Positions 1 through 13,523 are shown, counted from the whole stretch's first letter. The stretch: DNA of 63,730 nucleotides, filler included, from Octopus bimaculoides (GCF_001194135.2; 7 parts of 7 records of this genome joined end to end with filler, not necessarily neighbours in it), one strand, 5' to 3'. Notes: generated from the letters alone by a model not told the origin. A program made the numbers and translations.

Positions 1-802
1 TATATATATATATAAATGTATATGTATGTATATGCATATATACATAAATATGTATGTATGTATGTATATAGCTGTGTGTACTTACATACATATATACCTC
101 ACATCCTCATGTACATACGCTCTAGCCTGTCACACCAATATTCTTTTAGCCAGATACTCAACACACGAAAACTTATTGATTAGAAAGTTACCTCATATGA
201 AAACAGACGTTTCAAGAAACTTCAGAAACAACACCCTCCCTTTTCCCTTCTCCTCCTCCTCCTCCTCCTTTTCCCCTCACTTTCTCATCATCGTCGTCGT
301 GGTCATCGTCATCTTCATCGTCATCTTGCATATGAACCAAGAGAAGAAGAAGAACAAGTGTAAGAAGCAGAAGTTGACGGCCAAATGTTCTTTAATTTTT
401 ATAGCCAAATGTTTTTAACTTGAGCCAATTTACACGATGTCCACTGGCAAATTTGGACGTAATTTTCTTCATCTTCTGAAAAATAAAGTTCAGTAGGAAA
501 TTGACGATTGAAGTGAATCGTCTTCTCAAATGTATTTTTGTTTTCCAATCAACGAAGTGGAACTAAGCAGCTGCAAAACTTCCTCAATCAAGAGAAGTTT
601 GGCATAAAAGTTTTTTGGCATCAATCCGAACACCCACCTTGTAGAAAGTAAGGTCCTTTTGCGATACTATAAAAATTAGAGGTATATTTTGTTTCTTTCT
701 TATAGTCGATTGGGTCAGTTAGTCAACTTAAGCAGTGAATGGGTAAATGGTTACTTGAGAGAAGGAAAGAAATGACACAGAGATTATGAGAATGCGAGAG
801 TA

Positions 803-837
<35 letters not shown>

Positions 838-980
838 GATATGTATATGTTTGTGCCAGTGTGCGCCTGTGCATATACATACACACACAGACACATACGT
901 ATGTATGTGCATACATATAAATATGTGTGTGCTTGTGCGTTATATATCGACACACACATACATATGTGTGTGTGCATGTG

Positions 981-1021
<41 letters not shown>

Positions 1022-1260
1022 AGAGAGAGAGAAGGAGAGAGACAGACAGAAAGAGAGACTGAGCATAAGATAGAGAGAGAAGGCAGGAGGAAATCGGATG
1101 TGAATAACAGAATAATGAATGATATTGATGGAGGAATTCATGAAACACTGAAGCGAGGGTAGAAAATAGAGAGAGAAATACGAGAAATTAGAGCCGGCAT
1201 GTCTACATTTTGTACAAATCCTGAAAGATTGTTTAACATCAGAGGAAATAAATGGGGTGG

Positions 1261-1466
1261 TAATAACGATCTCAAATTTTGGCGCTAGGCCAGCAATTTC
1301 ACCGAAAGAGTAAATCGATTATATCGACCCCATTACTCAACTGGTACTTGTTTTATCGACGCCGAAAGGATGAACGGTAAAATCAACCGCGGCAGAATTT
1401 GAACTCAGAACGTAGAGAACAGACAGAATGCCGCTAAGTATTTTGTCTGGTATGTTAACGATCAGC
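1261..1466 (-). mobile_element. tRNA-headed SINE family B (core gcctttcatcctttcggggtcgataaa)
   Basis: Matches many other copies in the window; B-box-like gagttcaaattc on the minus strand. Confidence 0.8.
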
Positions 1467-1534
1467 CTCGAGCCGACCCAAGCCTTGTGACTGGAGACAC
1501 GTGGAGTTTAGGGAGTTTCGCTCATAAAAACAGA

Positions 1535-1600
1535 CATTCGAACCCACGATCTCTCGACCGCGTGTCCGCTGCTCTAACCACTAGGCCATGTGTCTCTACA
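1535..1600 (-). mobile_element. tRNA-derived head of SINE family C
   Basis: Minus strand tggcctagtggttagagcagcgg...gggttcgaa (A and B boxes). Confidence 0.65.
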
Positions 1601-2399
1601 AAGAAAGTAAAGTAGGAGAACAAAATATAAAATATCAATTATACTAATTTCTGTTTATGATATCAGGAGTAGAATTTAGGGTGACCCTTAAACGTCTTGG
1701 ATCGTAATTTAATTGTCAAGCCTTAAATGTTTTCAGGTATATTAGGCCCCTAGACGAATATAACGAAAGATGGAAGAAGAATAAGATAAACACGATAATA
1801 GAAATAAGCATAGCTGGAATCACGACGTTCATGTTTCGAGTTTATTACAGCACCTCGAGCAAGTGTCTTCTACTTTAAACTTCGGTGTGAGTCCAAGTGT
1901 ATGTGTGTGTGTGTGTTTGAATAGAATATATGTGTGTATGTGAGTGTGTGTGTGAACAGGATATATGTGTGTATGTGCGTGTAGACATATGTATTGTCCC
2001 ATTAAGTCACAATGTAACTCAGTATCCAATTGATAAATGATTACCTTTCACTAGGTTCGATACAATTGACAGAACCATTTACGAGGCGGTGCTCCAGCAT
2101 GGCCGCTGTCCAATGCTAAAGCCAATGAAAGCTTGTTACTAACAACGAAAGAACAAACGGGTGACGGTGATAAGAATGGTGATGATGATGAAAGTTATGG
2201 CGATGATGACGACGACAACGATTATGATGATGACGACGGCAACAACGACGGCGGTGATGAAGGTCGAAAAACAGCTGCAATGGCATGGCCGTCATCAGCT
2301 GTAAAAATTTTGGCGAACAATAAACGTGGAGTGGAAACATTTTTTCCACCTTGCTGGATATATTTAAGCGAACGTTTGGTCCAGCTTGTACTTCACGCG

Positions 2400-2480
2400 T
2401 TTTCATGCCACTTCCGGCTAAACGCATGACTGTCTTGGCCAATTGTGTGATGATGTAAGAAACGAGGTCACGTGAATTAT
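2400..2480. promoter_or_regulatory. Possible promoter motif cluster (ETS site plus E-box)
   Basis: ACTTCCGG at 2410-2417, GTCACGTGA at 2467-2475, and a plus-strand GTAAGA donor at 2455, all in a non-repetitive CpG-containing island. Confidence 0.2.
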
Positions 2481-4028
2481 TTTAGTGGAAGACTTATATT
2501 ACCGATCAATGAGCAGAACTAGATGCATTCTGGGAAAGATGACTGCGTGTTTTGCCAACAACAGAAGAGTTTAAGCATTTTAAGTTAGAGCCCTTACCCT
2601 AACAGCAAATAAGAAGGAAGTGAAGGGTGGTGGTGAGAGGAAAGGACAGTTGGCTATTTTGCAATGTGTGTGTATGTGTACGTCTGTGTGTGTGTTTGCA
2701 TTTGTGTGTATATGTGTATTTTTAATGTGTGTGTTTGTGTGCAGTGAAATTTCATGTCAAATCTAAATGCAGGGAAAAATGGAGGTTTATTCTCCGTACT
2801 TCTTTCTTTCTTTCTTTCATTCTTTATTTTCATTTTATAATTTCCTTCACTCTCTGTTTCTTTCGTTCTTCTTTTCATTGATTGTTTCATTATTGCTTCC
2901 TTCTTTTTTTTCTGCCCCTCTTTTTTTTTTACATATTTCCTATTTGCTTTCTTTGTTTCTTTCTTTTTTCTTTGTTTCTTTATGTCTTTCTTCCTTTCTT
3001 TCTTTCTTTCCTCGTCCTTTATTTCTTTCGTGTATTATTTTTCTATTGTTTCCTCTCTTGGCACCCTCCATCTCCTTAGACAACAACAAAGCCACAACCA
3101 CCACCACCACCACTACCGCCACCACCGCCGCTGCAAACAACACATGCAGCCGCACTAGCACGAGCGTTCACAGCATCAACACCAATACCACCACCAACAA
3201 GAACGCCACTACAAACACCACATCGATCAACTCCACCGCCACTAGCAATGCCACCATTACCACTACCACCAACAACAATAACACTACCACCACAACCGTG
3301 TCTATCACCATTACCACAGCTATTACTAAAAACGCTTGTCACTACCATCACTACTACTACTACTACTACTACCACCAAAACTACCACCACCACCACCACC
3401 ACCACCACAACTACCAACGTCGCCACCACCNNNNNNNNNNNNNNNNNNNNNNNNNNNNNNNNNNNNNNNNNNNNNNNNNNNNNNNNNNNNNNNNNNNNNN
3501 NNNNNNNNNNNNNNNNNNNNNNNNNNNNNNNNNNNNNNNNNNNNNNNNNNNNNNNNNNNNNNNNNNNNNNNNNNNNNNNNNNNNNNNNNNNNNNNNNNNN
3601 NNNNNNNNNNNNNNNNNNNNNNNNNNNNNNNNNNNNNNNNNNNNNNNNNNNNNNNNNNNNNNNNNNNNNNNNNNNNNNNNNNNNNNNNNNNNNNNNNNNN
3701 NNNNNNNNNNNNNNNNNNNNNNNNNNNNNNNNNNNNNNNNNNNNNNNNNNNNNNNNNNNNNNNNNNNNNNNNNNNNNNNNNNNNNNNNNNNNNNNNNNNN
3801 NNNNNNNNNNNNNNNNNNNNNNNNNNNNNNNNNNNNNNNNNNNNNNNNNNNNNNNNNNNNNNNNNNNNNNNNNNNNNNNNNNNNNNNNNNNNNNNNNNNN
3901 NNNNNNNNNNNNNNNNNNNNNNNNNNNNNNNNNNNNNNNNNNNNNNNNNNNNNNNNNNNNNNNNNNNNNNNNNNNNNNNNNNNNNNNNNNNNNNNNNNNN
4001 NNNNNNNNNNNNNNNNNNNNNNNNNNNN

Positions 4029-4091
<63 letters not shown>

Positions 4092-4419
4092 CACAAACAC
4101 AAACACATGTAATTAAAACAATACATAGATAAAACATACAAGCATATCTACGCGCGCGCACACACACGTAAACATAAGCATGCGTGAATGCGTGCATGTC
4201 TGTTTGGTCGTATGCAGTTCGAGTGATTAGGTTTGTTGATTTTTAGTGAAGCCAAAACTGTTACGGGTTGTAAATGGTTGAAATGGCACGAGTAGCGCCA
4301 ACTAAACTGAATGGTGGGGGTGTGGAGAGAAGTTGGTGTGTATTTGGAAGATGTTTTGTGGAAGAGATGAGGGTAGTAGAAGAAAATATGGTCGGTTAAT
4401 ATCTGTACAGCAAAGAAAT

Positions 4420-4451
<32 letters not shown>

Positions 4452-4579
4452 TGTATGTATGAATATATATATATATATATAATCTACAGATAGATAGATA
4501 GATAGATAGATACATAGATAGATATATATATATATAGATAGATAGATAGATAGATAGATATACTTAACCACATTCTTTT

Positions 4580-4695
4580 ATTGTTTTATTGTTTTACTTG
4601 TTTCAGTCTCCCGCCTACGGCCATGCTGGAGCATAACCTTTAGTCGAACAAATCGACTCCAGGACTTATAGGGGGGAACAAGCGCAAATATATAC

Positions 4696-4729
<34 letters not shown>

Positions 4730-4865
4730 GTACATACGACGGGCTTCTTTCAGTTTCCGTCTACCATATCCACTTACACAGCTTTGGTCGACCAGAGGCT
4801 ATAGTAGAGGACACTTACCTAAGGTGCGTCTCACTGGGACTGAACCCGGAACCATGTGGTTGTGC
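4580..4865 (-). mobile_element. SINE family A (CORE-like, probably octopus OR-type), internally deleted
   Basis: Shared head (ccactgcgtggcaccttgggcaagtgtcttctactatagcc), internal TA microsatellite and tail (gcggtgctccagcatggcc...gaaacaagtaaaa) seen in more than 12 copies. Confidence 0.8.
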
Positions 4866-4904
4866 ATACGTACACTCGTGTTTATGTATTATCTATTTAG
4901 TGAA

Positions 4905-5160
4905 CGCGTATAGCTTAATGGCCAGTGTATTCAGCTCACGATCGTAATATTGTGGGTTCTAATCCCGGTGGGACATTGTTTCCTTCAGGAAGACATTCGT
5001 ACTTTAGGCGTACTTGCAATTCAAATGATCAGTGTTGTCACATTCTGTTTATTACTGAGAACTACGTTTAGGTTACGCATATCAGTTGAGAGTTCGGGCA
5101 AATACTCGTTAATTTCAAGAGGATGAATTTCGTTCATCACATCAACTGGAACACACATGG
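4905..5160 (+). mobile_element. SINE family C, degenerate
   Basis: tRNA-like head and gagaactacgttt body shared with 11190-11505 and 40993-41270. Confidence 0.6.
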
Positions 5161-5191
5161 GACGATGGAATGCCAGTATTATCTCACTCTC

Positions 5192-5318
<127 letters not shown>

Positions 5319-6409
5319 CTATCTATATGTCTGTCTGTCTATCTATTCACAAGCATACGCACTCTCATGCTTACACATATAAGCACTATAAATTCTTGAT
5401 AATTATACCTGTGTGAATGCATAAGCGCGCGCGCTCACACACAAGCACACACACGCACAGATGAGTTCTTGTATGTTTATATACACACGTATACCTGTGC
5501 GCTGGGACTTTTGTTGGGTGGACCGGAATTCGAAATCAGATATAGGACAGAAAGGGAAACGTGCTAGAAATTGCAGCCAAATCACATTGAAGTCATAACT
5601 TAAATTCTTAAGAATGGATAAGTCGTATAATATAAGTATGACTACACCGCGTATTAGAAAAAATAAAAATGGATTATCATCGCTTCAAAACTTTGATCAC
5701 AAAATCTAATCTACCATAAAGCCACCTTGGAGACTAACGGCAACATGCACAGCAATAATATGCATACCAAAGAAAAGGAGGCAGAGAGAATATCTCTGCC
5801 TTAATAAAAAATATTGAATTCCTGTAAATGAAACCCGAATGTCAGAAACGACGAAGAATGCACGGCTGAATGTAGCATTAGTTAAATAAAACATGATGGT
5901 CGAAACTGGAACGCCTATATTCTGATGTATGTGCGAACATTACAGTAAGGCCGGGAGGCGGCAGAAGCCACTGTTCTCAGCAACGCCGCCACCATAAACA
6001 GCAAAAACAATGACAACAACAACAGTCATAAATAAGAAATAGTATTGAGACGTATCATAACACGAAAATATAAATTGGTTAAAGATGAAATAACACACTC
6101 TATCTTAAAATTCATTGATGTAATGAAACGGACAGATCGATATCAATCATCTTTACAAAGAAATAAGAAAAAAAATAAATAAATAAATAGTAAAAAAATT
6201 AAAATAAAAACGAAAAAATACAACGCGAAGAAGAAATGGAGGCGGTTTACATGAGCTGATGAAATGTACCCCAATTGAGACCAGTTGTACAAGGTTGCAA
6301 GCTATTAAAAAAGATTACGCGCGCACACATACTCTCTCAAACACACACTCATGCACACATGATATATATATATATATATGTATTCATTTATATACATATA
6401 CATATATTC

Positions 6410-6462
<53 letters not shown>

Positions 6463-7536
6463 NNNNNNNNNNNNNNNNNNNNNNNNNNNNNNNNNNNNNN
6501 NNNNNNNNNNNNNNNNNNNNNNNNNNNNNNNNNNNNNNNNNNNNNNNNNNNNNNNNNNNNNNNNNNNNNNNNNNNNNNNNNNNNNNNNNNNNNNNNNNNN
6601 NNNNNNNNNNNNNNNNNNNNNNNNNNNNNNNNNNNNNNNNNNNNNNNNNNNNNNNNNNNNNNNNNNNNNNNNNNNNNNNNNNNNNNNNNNNNNNNNNNNN
6701 NNNNNNNNNNNNNNNNNNNNNNNNNNNNNNNNNNNNNNNNNNNNNNNNNNNNNNNNNNNNNNNNNNNNNNNNNNNNNNNNNNNNNNNNNNNNNNNNNNNN
6801 NNNNNNNNNNNNNNNNNNNNNNNNNNNNNNNNNNNNNNNNNNNNNNNNNNNNNNNNNNNNNNNNNNNNNNNNNNNNNNNNNNNNNNNNNNNNNNNNNNNN
6901 NNNNNNNNNNNNNNNNNNNNNNNNNNNNNNNNNNNNNNNNNNNNNNNNNNNNNNNNNNNNNNNNNNNNNNNNNNNNNNNNNNNNNNNNNNNNNNNNNNNN
7001 NNNNNNNNNNNNNNNNNNNNNNNNNNNNNNNNNNNNNNNNNNNNNNNNNNNNNNNNNNNNNNNNNNNNNNNNNNNNNNNNNNNNNNNNNNNNNNNNNNNN
7101 NNNNNNNNNNNNNNNNNNNNNNNNNNNNNNNNNNNNNNNNNNNNNNNNNNNNNNNNNNNNNNNNNNNNNNNNNNNNNNNNNNNNNNNNNNNNNNNNNNNN
7201 NNNNNNNNNNNNNNNNNNNNNNNNNNNNNNNNNNNNNNNNNNNNNNNNNNNNNNNNNNNNNNNNNNNNNNNNNNNNNNNNNNNNNNNNNNNNNNNNNNNN
7301 NNNNNNNNNNNNNNNNNNNNNNNNNNNNNNNNNNNNNNNNNNNNNNNNNNNNNNNNNNNNNNNNNNNNNNNNNNNNNNNNNNNNNNNNNNNNNNNNNNNN
7401 NNNNNNNNNNNNNNNNNNNNNNNNNNNNNNNNNNNNNNNNNNNNNNNNNNNNTAAATACTTATATATGTATCTACACTTATGCACAAATGTATACATGTT
7501 CACGTATGTATATAAAGATTAGTATGCATAAATACA

Positions 7537-7572
<36 letters not shown>

Positions 7573-8937
7573 CACTCACAAAAACGCAAACGCGCATACC
7601 CATACACACACACGCAAACACAGACATACATATATGCATAGGTGCACTTTTGCATATATATATACATACAGGGGACGGAAGCCTTCCGAGTATATTTGGT
7701 AGGGGAAACTCGCAAGGCTTCGGACACCCATCGTGTGTGAGTGACTGTGTGTGTGGTTGGACCTGTGTTTTTTTGTGTATTTGAGTTACGTCATCCACCA
7801 CCGCTTGACAACCGGTGTTGGTGGGTTTATGTCACTGCTTCCAACGTTTCTGAAGAAGCCACTCATAGGACAAGTACCGGGCGTACGAAGTCGATTCGTG
7901 CGACAAGAATTCTTGAAGTATGTGCCACAATACAGATACAATCTAACGATTGAAATATGCGCATGATAAAAGTAAAAATATATATAAGATCATATATATA
8001 TATATATATACATACGCACATAAATCTTTTTCTTGCTTCAGTCATTACTCTGCGGATATGTTGGGCCACATGGAATATACAGCAGAATTTCGAAATATTT
8101 AGAGTCTGTGCGTCAGACTCTAAAAAGCCCACAAACCCCGAAGCATTTGTGTGCTTCCACGTTGGTCAAATCGATAAAAATGAGAAATATATGTGGTCAA
8201 TAGCCCGACTAATCGGCCGAAGCGACTGATGGTGAGCCGATATTTGACCGTGGAAAAGATTCACTGGACGGTGTGTCATTTTATGATATATTGTTATATA
8301 TCGAAATCGATAGATCGATTGGTGAAGAATTGCAAATATCTGATTGTAGAAAAGTGTCAATGGCCTCTACTGTGTTTGTTCAGTTGTGATTGTATAATTC
8401 CTATTTCGTATCTCGTTTTCACAGTGAGTTAGATGAGAGGTTTTGTGTAACTGGGTAACACCCACTCGGAATTCATGCAAATCTCTCCTATATGTGTGGG
8501 CATAAATGTATATTTGTATAAGGATATGTGTGTCTGTGAGTGTGTGAGTGTATATGTGTATATACATATATGTATGTATATATATATAGATATATATATA
8601 TACATATATATATATATTATATTTGTGCATATATGTGTGTATATGTTTGTGTATCTTTGCATAAATAGGTGTACTTATATATATGCATATATATATGTAT
8701 GTATAAATATGCATATATATATAGATATATAGATAGATATTTATAGGCGTCTGTATGAATGTGTGATATTATGTTAGTATCTATAAACAAGATAGAACCA
8801 TGTGATTGCCGCTTGTATCTAGTTAGTTTCATTAATTACATAAATTAATTAATTACGATCTCCGTGATGGCTAAAATTATTTCATATAACCCAAAGGAAT
8901 ATTGTACACTCACACATTAGTATATATGTATATAAGG

Positions 8938-9202
8938 ACCAGGAGTGGCTGTGTGGTAAATAGCTTGCTTAACAGCCACATTGTTCTGAGTTCAGTCCTA
9001 CTGCGTAGCACCTTCGGCAAGTGTCTTCTACTATAGCCTCAGACCGACCCAAGTCTTGTGAGTGGATTTGGTTGACGGAAACTGAAAGAAGCTTGTCGTA
9101 TATATACCTATGTATATTAATATGGGTTTGGTTTGCTAGACTAAAGTCGGGGCTCCAGCATGGCCACACTCAAATGATTGAACCAAGTAAAAGAATAAAA
9201 GA
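8938..9202 (+). mobile_element. SINE family A
   Basis: Head ggagtggctgtgtggtaa through tail aagtaaaagaataaaagaa. Confidence 0.85.
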
Positions 9203-9551
9203 ATACACACACACACTTGCATATTTACATGCATACATATCCATATATACGGGGGTGTGAGTGGGTGTGCGTGTGAGAGAGAGAGAGGCACAGAAAGAGA
9301 GAGCGAGAGAGAGAGAAATAGAGGGAGAGAGAGAGAGAGGGAGAGAGAGAGAGAGGAAGAGAGTGAAGTGGGAGAGAGGGCTGTTGGATCTGAGATGTTT
9401 TGTCTGATAATGCTAATACAATAGCATGAACAGGATAAACTATCCGTATACTGCAGAAAGAATAGTTAGCGGATAGCCATGAGACATATTTATTTATTTA
9501 TTTATTTATATATATATACATACATACATACATACATACATACGTACATAC

Positions 9552-9601
<50 letters not shown>

Positions 9602-9701
9602 NNNNNNNNNNNNNNNNNNNNNNNNNNNNNNNNNNNNNNNNNNNNTTAATTAATTAANNNNNNNNNNNNNNNNNNNNNNNNNNNNNNNNNNNNNNNNNNN
9701 N
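9602..9701. other. Assembly placeholder: 44 N + TTAATTAATTAA + 44 N; same linker at 19183, 24425, 52738, 59599 and 62235
   Basis: Identical 12-mer (stop codons in all six frames) centred in 100-bp N blocks six times. Confidence 0.97.
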
Positions 9702-9781
9702 AATTAACATTGCTTGTTTTCACCTTTTCAATATCAGTGAAGAAATTCACTGGAAAAGAAGATATAAGGTTTGCCAGGTTT

Positions 9782-9882
9782 TTGTCTCTCTCACCAAGGT
9801 CATCAGCTGTCGAACGCCGACGAAGGGAAATAACCCTGAAATCCGGATACGTTCGTGCTGCTGATCGAGGTGAGAGGGATAA
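9782..9882 (+). ncRNA. Type I minimal hammerhead ribozyme-like motif with U4C core variant and extended helix I
   Basis: Helix I cgaacg(9811-16)/cgttcg(9850-55); core ccgacga(9817-23); helix II aggg/ccct with loop aaataa; GAAA(9838-41); palindromic helix III atccggat(9841-48); AUA cleavage triplet (after 9849). Helix I extends via atcagc/gctgat and ttgtctctctcacc/ggtgagagggataa. Confidence 0.7.
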
Positions 9883-10033
9883 CTTCCCTTGGCAAACAGG
9901 ACACAGTCGTGTGTCGATAAGCCAGCTGGAGGAGATGTCCTCCTGGGGCTAAAAGCAACAGTAACATCCACCCCTAGGGGTCAGCCACACTTAAGTGGCA
10001 ATATACTACACTTTATATATATATATATATATA

Positions 10034-10407
10034 CTGATTTGATTAGGAGAGAGAAATACAAAACCAAAACGGATGGAGAAAAAGAGTGCACAGTGGTTGC
10101 CCGAAGATTGAAAGAGAGAGTGAAACACAAGAGGATCAGGAGAAAACTTAGAAAGAATGAACCAGTAGAAAATGAAGGAGTATTGATTTTTACATGTGTG
10201 ATTTGTAGGAGGAAATGCTTAAGTTATGCAGCCCTGGTCAGCCATCAAATAAGCCACAGGAATCAACCCCTTGTAAACTGCGATACAGCTATTGTTTACA
10301 ACAGAGCATGTGCAACCTATGGAAAGGTGTGCCATTCAGTTGGAGGATTAAAAAGGCATGTCAAAAGGTTTCGTACTATAGCACTGGTTCCTTCTGCCCG
10401 CCAGCAC
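10034..10407 (+). mobile_element. RTE-type LINE 3' fragment with C2H2 zinc-finger remnants
   Basis: Translates ...FTCVICRRKCLSYAALVSHQISH...CATYGKVCHSVGGLKRH, typical of RTE ORF C-termini; runs into a gap. Confidence 0.6.
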
Positions 10408-10804
10408 NNNNNNNNNNNNNNNNNNNNNNNNNNNNNNNNNNNNNNNNNNNNNNNNNNNNNNNNNNNNNNNNNNNNNNNNNNNNNNNNNNNNNNNNNNNNN
10501 NNNNNNNNNNNNNNNNNNNNNNNNNNNNNNNNNNNNNNNNNNNNNNNNNNNNNNNNNNNNNNNNNNNNNNNNNNNNNNNNNNNNNNNNNNNNNNNNNNNN
10601 NNNNNNNNNNNNNNNNNNNNNNNNNNNNNNNNNNNNNNNNNNNNNNNNNNNNNNNNNNNNNNNNNNNNNNNNNNNNNNNNNNNNNNNNNNNNNNNNNNNN
10701 NNNNNNNNNNNNNNNNNNNNNNNNNNNNNNNNNNNNNNNNNNNNNNNNNNNNNNNNNNNNNNNNNNNNNNNNNNNNNNNATACACACACACAATAGGGTT
10801 TTTA

Positions 10805-11030
10805 GTTTCTTATTTCTTTAATGTCCACAAGGGGCTAAACATAGAGGGGGACAAACAAAGGGGTTAAGTTGATTACATTGACCCCAGTGCGTAACTGGTA
10901 CTTAATTTATCGACCCCGAAAGGATGAAAGGCAAAGTCGACCTGGGCGGAATTTGAACTCAGAACATAACGGCAGACGAAATACTGCTAAGTATTTCACC
11001 CGGTGTGCTAACGTTTCTGCAAGCTCACAG
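10805..11030 (-). mobile_element. SINE family B (variant tail)
   Basis: Near-consensus core atcgaccccgaaaggatgaaaggcaaagtcgacc and ggaatttgaactcagaac. Confidence 0.85.
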
Positions 11031-11189
11031 AATTAAATTACCAAATTCATTCAAAAGCATTGGTTAGCCTGGGAACATAGCAGACTGCCCAAGTTTCTGT
11101 ACAGAGAGAGAAAGTCTGTACCCAAAGCCGTGTGGCTAAGAAGCAAACTTCTCAACCACAGCTATACCAATAAAAACATTAACTGGCAC

Positions 11190-11505
11190 TCTGTCAGTTA
11201 CGACAACAAAGGTTTCAGTTGATCCAATCAACAGAATAGCCTGTTGGTGAAATTAGCATGCAAGTGGCTGAGCACTCCACAGACACATGTACCCTTAATG
11301 TAGTTCTCAAGGAGATTCAGTGTGACACAAAACGTGACAAGGTTGGCCCTTTGATATACAGCTACATTGACTTTTGCCAGCTGAGTGGACTGGAGCAACA
11401 TGAAATAAAGTGCCTTGCTCAAGGACATAATGCACCACCGGGAATTGAACTCATGACGTTACAATCATGAGCCAAATACCCTAATCACTAAGCCATGTGT
11501 CTTCA
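11190..11505 (-). mobile_element. SINE family C, near full length
   Basis: tRNA-like head (ggcttagtgattagg...gagttcaattccc) and body homologous to 40993-41270. Confidence 0.8.
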
Positions 11506-11997
11506 CATGTACTAGCATGCACACACATGTACGTGTATGTGAATATATTTGTTATGCTCTATATATTATCAGATCATAAAATCATTGTAACATATTTACA
11601 CAATGCCACCGTCTTAGAAAATCCAAAGATCTTTCAGCACAAGTTAGTAATATACAGCAAAAACATTATATAACCCATGAGAAACAAAGGACATTAACAT
11701 GTCAAAATTTAACAGAACAATAGTGATTGTAATGTCAGTGACTTGAGGTGCTGAGGGACTACACTGACATAAACATCGAATAGAAAATATCATGGCATGT
11801 AAAGTATGTCTATTAACCTACTTGTAATTCATACAACAATAATAATACATAATCATTTACCTCTATAAAGAATCAAAGAGGATAATTGCCTATGAATATA
11901 GACAGGTATATCTGAGAAACAATATTAGGGTATATTAACATTAATAGAGCAAACTCTGATTAAATTGGCTAACTTAGTGTATTTTCGTTTAGATGGT

Positions 11998-12245
11998 TAA
12001 GTGGTTAAGAAGTTTGCCTCCCAACCATCTGGTTTCAGGTTCAGTCCCACAGCATAGCAGCTTCAGTAAGTGTCTTCTACTATGACCTCGGGCCAACCAA
12101 AGCCCTGTGAGTGGATTTGGAAGACAGAAACTGAAAAAAGAGCCCATTATATATGCATATAAATAGATGTATACATTGTATGTGTGTGTGTGTTTATATG
12201 TGCAAGTGCACGTTTGTGTCTCCTTGTCCTCACATCATGCAAAAG
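11998..12245 (+). mobile_element. SINE family A
   Basis: Head plus CORE-like segment plus TG microsatellite. Confidence 0.75.
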
Positions 12246-12329
12246 TTATGAACAAACATCACCGTCATGCATGCAGCATTCCTTGTTTCCAATCTTCCAT
12301 GAAAATACATCCAAACCAGGGTGATACCT

Positions 12330-13200
12330 TAGATATTCCTCACCCATTCATCTCTTATTCTCTCATCATCCTTATTGCTTTCCCTTCTACCAAGCCTCAC
12401 ACAACCCCTTACATCCAGTTCTTCCTTCCCGGAATGTTGGCCCTTTGGAATTAAATCTCACCTAACCACGTCTTTCCTGCAAGTATTGACTTGCAGTTGT
12501 ATTAGCTTCATAAGAGTGGGCATTGTTGGACTTGATGACAAAAATCAGGATAGATTACTGTAGAGAGAGAGAAACTGGGGAGATTGGTGAGAGGAAGGAC
12601 TAGCTCTAGCACATAGTGTTTGAAAGAAAGGAAGGGACATTAACAGGGGTGGCAGCCTTGTTGGTTTAAAGTAATTGAAGAAGCTTTCACACTTGGAATG
12701 TGTGATTAAAGGATGGAAGGGAACAGATTTGAAGGAGATCTACCAAGTGTGTGCAGTGTAGAGTTAGCTGCCTAGTGGGCAGTGAAGACAGAGACTTTCA
12801 ATGTGGGATTACTACATTCAGAAGCCTTGCTGTTGCAAAAAGAAAGGAAAGAGGATTCTGCTAAGTTGGTGGATATTTTTTTTGCAACAGATCAGAAGTA
12901 TCAGTTGCAATTTGGAAGTTGGGATAGTATGGAGGCACTTTTCACAATTTGAAAAGTAAAGCCTTAAAAGAGCAGCATTACTGGACAAATACAACCCAAG
13001 CTTTTTTTTATTTTAGTAGGGGGAAGATCCTCAGGTACTTTAGGTCTTGTTTTTCTTCTCTGACCAGCTGCAGCAGAGTTATGAGTGAATCACAAAGAAG
13101 GGGTGTGGGTGCATGGGACATTGAGTAAAGAAAATGCTTTCGTATAGAAAGAATAGTCCCTGGGGATCGCTGAAGAATATATCTGCAAAATGTAGGAGAA
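12330..13200. mobile_element. Two decayed CR1-like LINE fragments: plus-strand 3' end (about 12330-12520) and minus-strand ORF2 piece (about 12570-13200)
   Basis: FLPGMLALWN*..NHVFPASIDLQ on plus; PSL*FTHNSAAAGQRRK on minus; many stops and frameshifts. Confidence 0.4.
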
Positions 13201-13274
13201 AAATAAAAATCACGATATCACACAGTTTCTTTGATCTTAGCTACTATACAAAAAAAGTTTGACTGTAATACTTA

Positions 13275-13523
<249 letters not shown>

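Noticed and set aside
1737-1880. Plus-strand frame YIRPLDEYNERWKKNKINTIIEISIAG after a good acceptor
   Set aside because: Runs into a SINE with no credible donor or partner exon.
2767-3430. 449-aa ORF with Thr/Asn-rich mucin-like segment
   Set aside because: Built from CT-rich low complexity, ACC/AAC repeats and a gap; no splice or homology support.
8098-8124. Perfect 11-bp inverted repeat tttagagtctg/cagactctaaa (a similar 9-bp one lies near 5780-5802)
   Set aside because: Isolated short hairpins are expected at this frequency; no supporting context.
11725-11780. Imperfect hairpin atgtcagtg/cactgacat resembling a pre-miRNA
   Set aside because: Only a 9-bp perfect stem with a large loop, and no known miRNA seed recognised.
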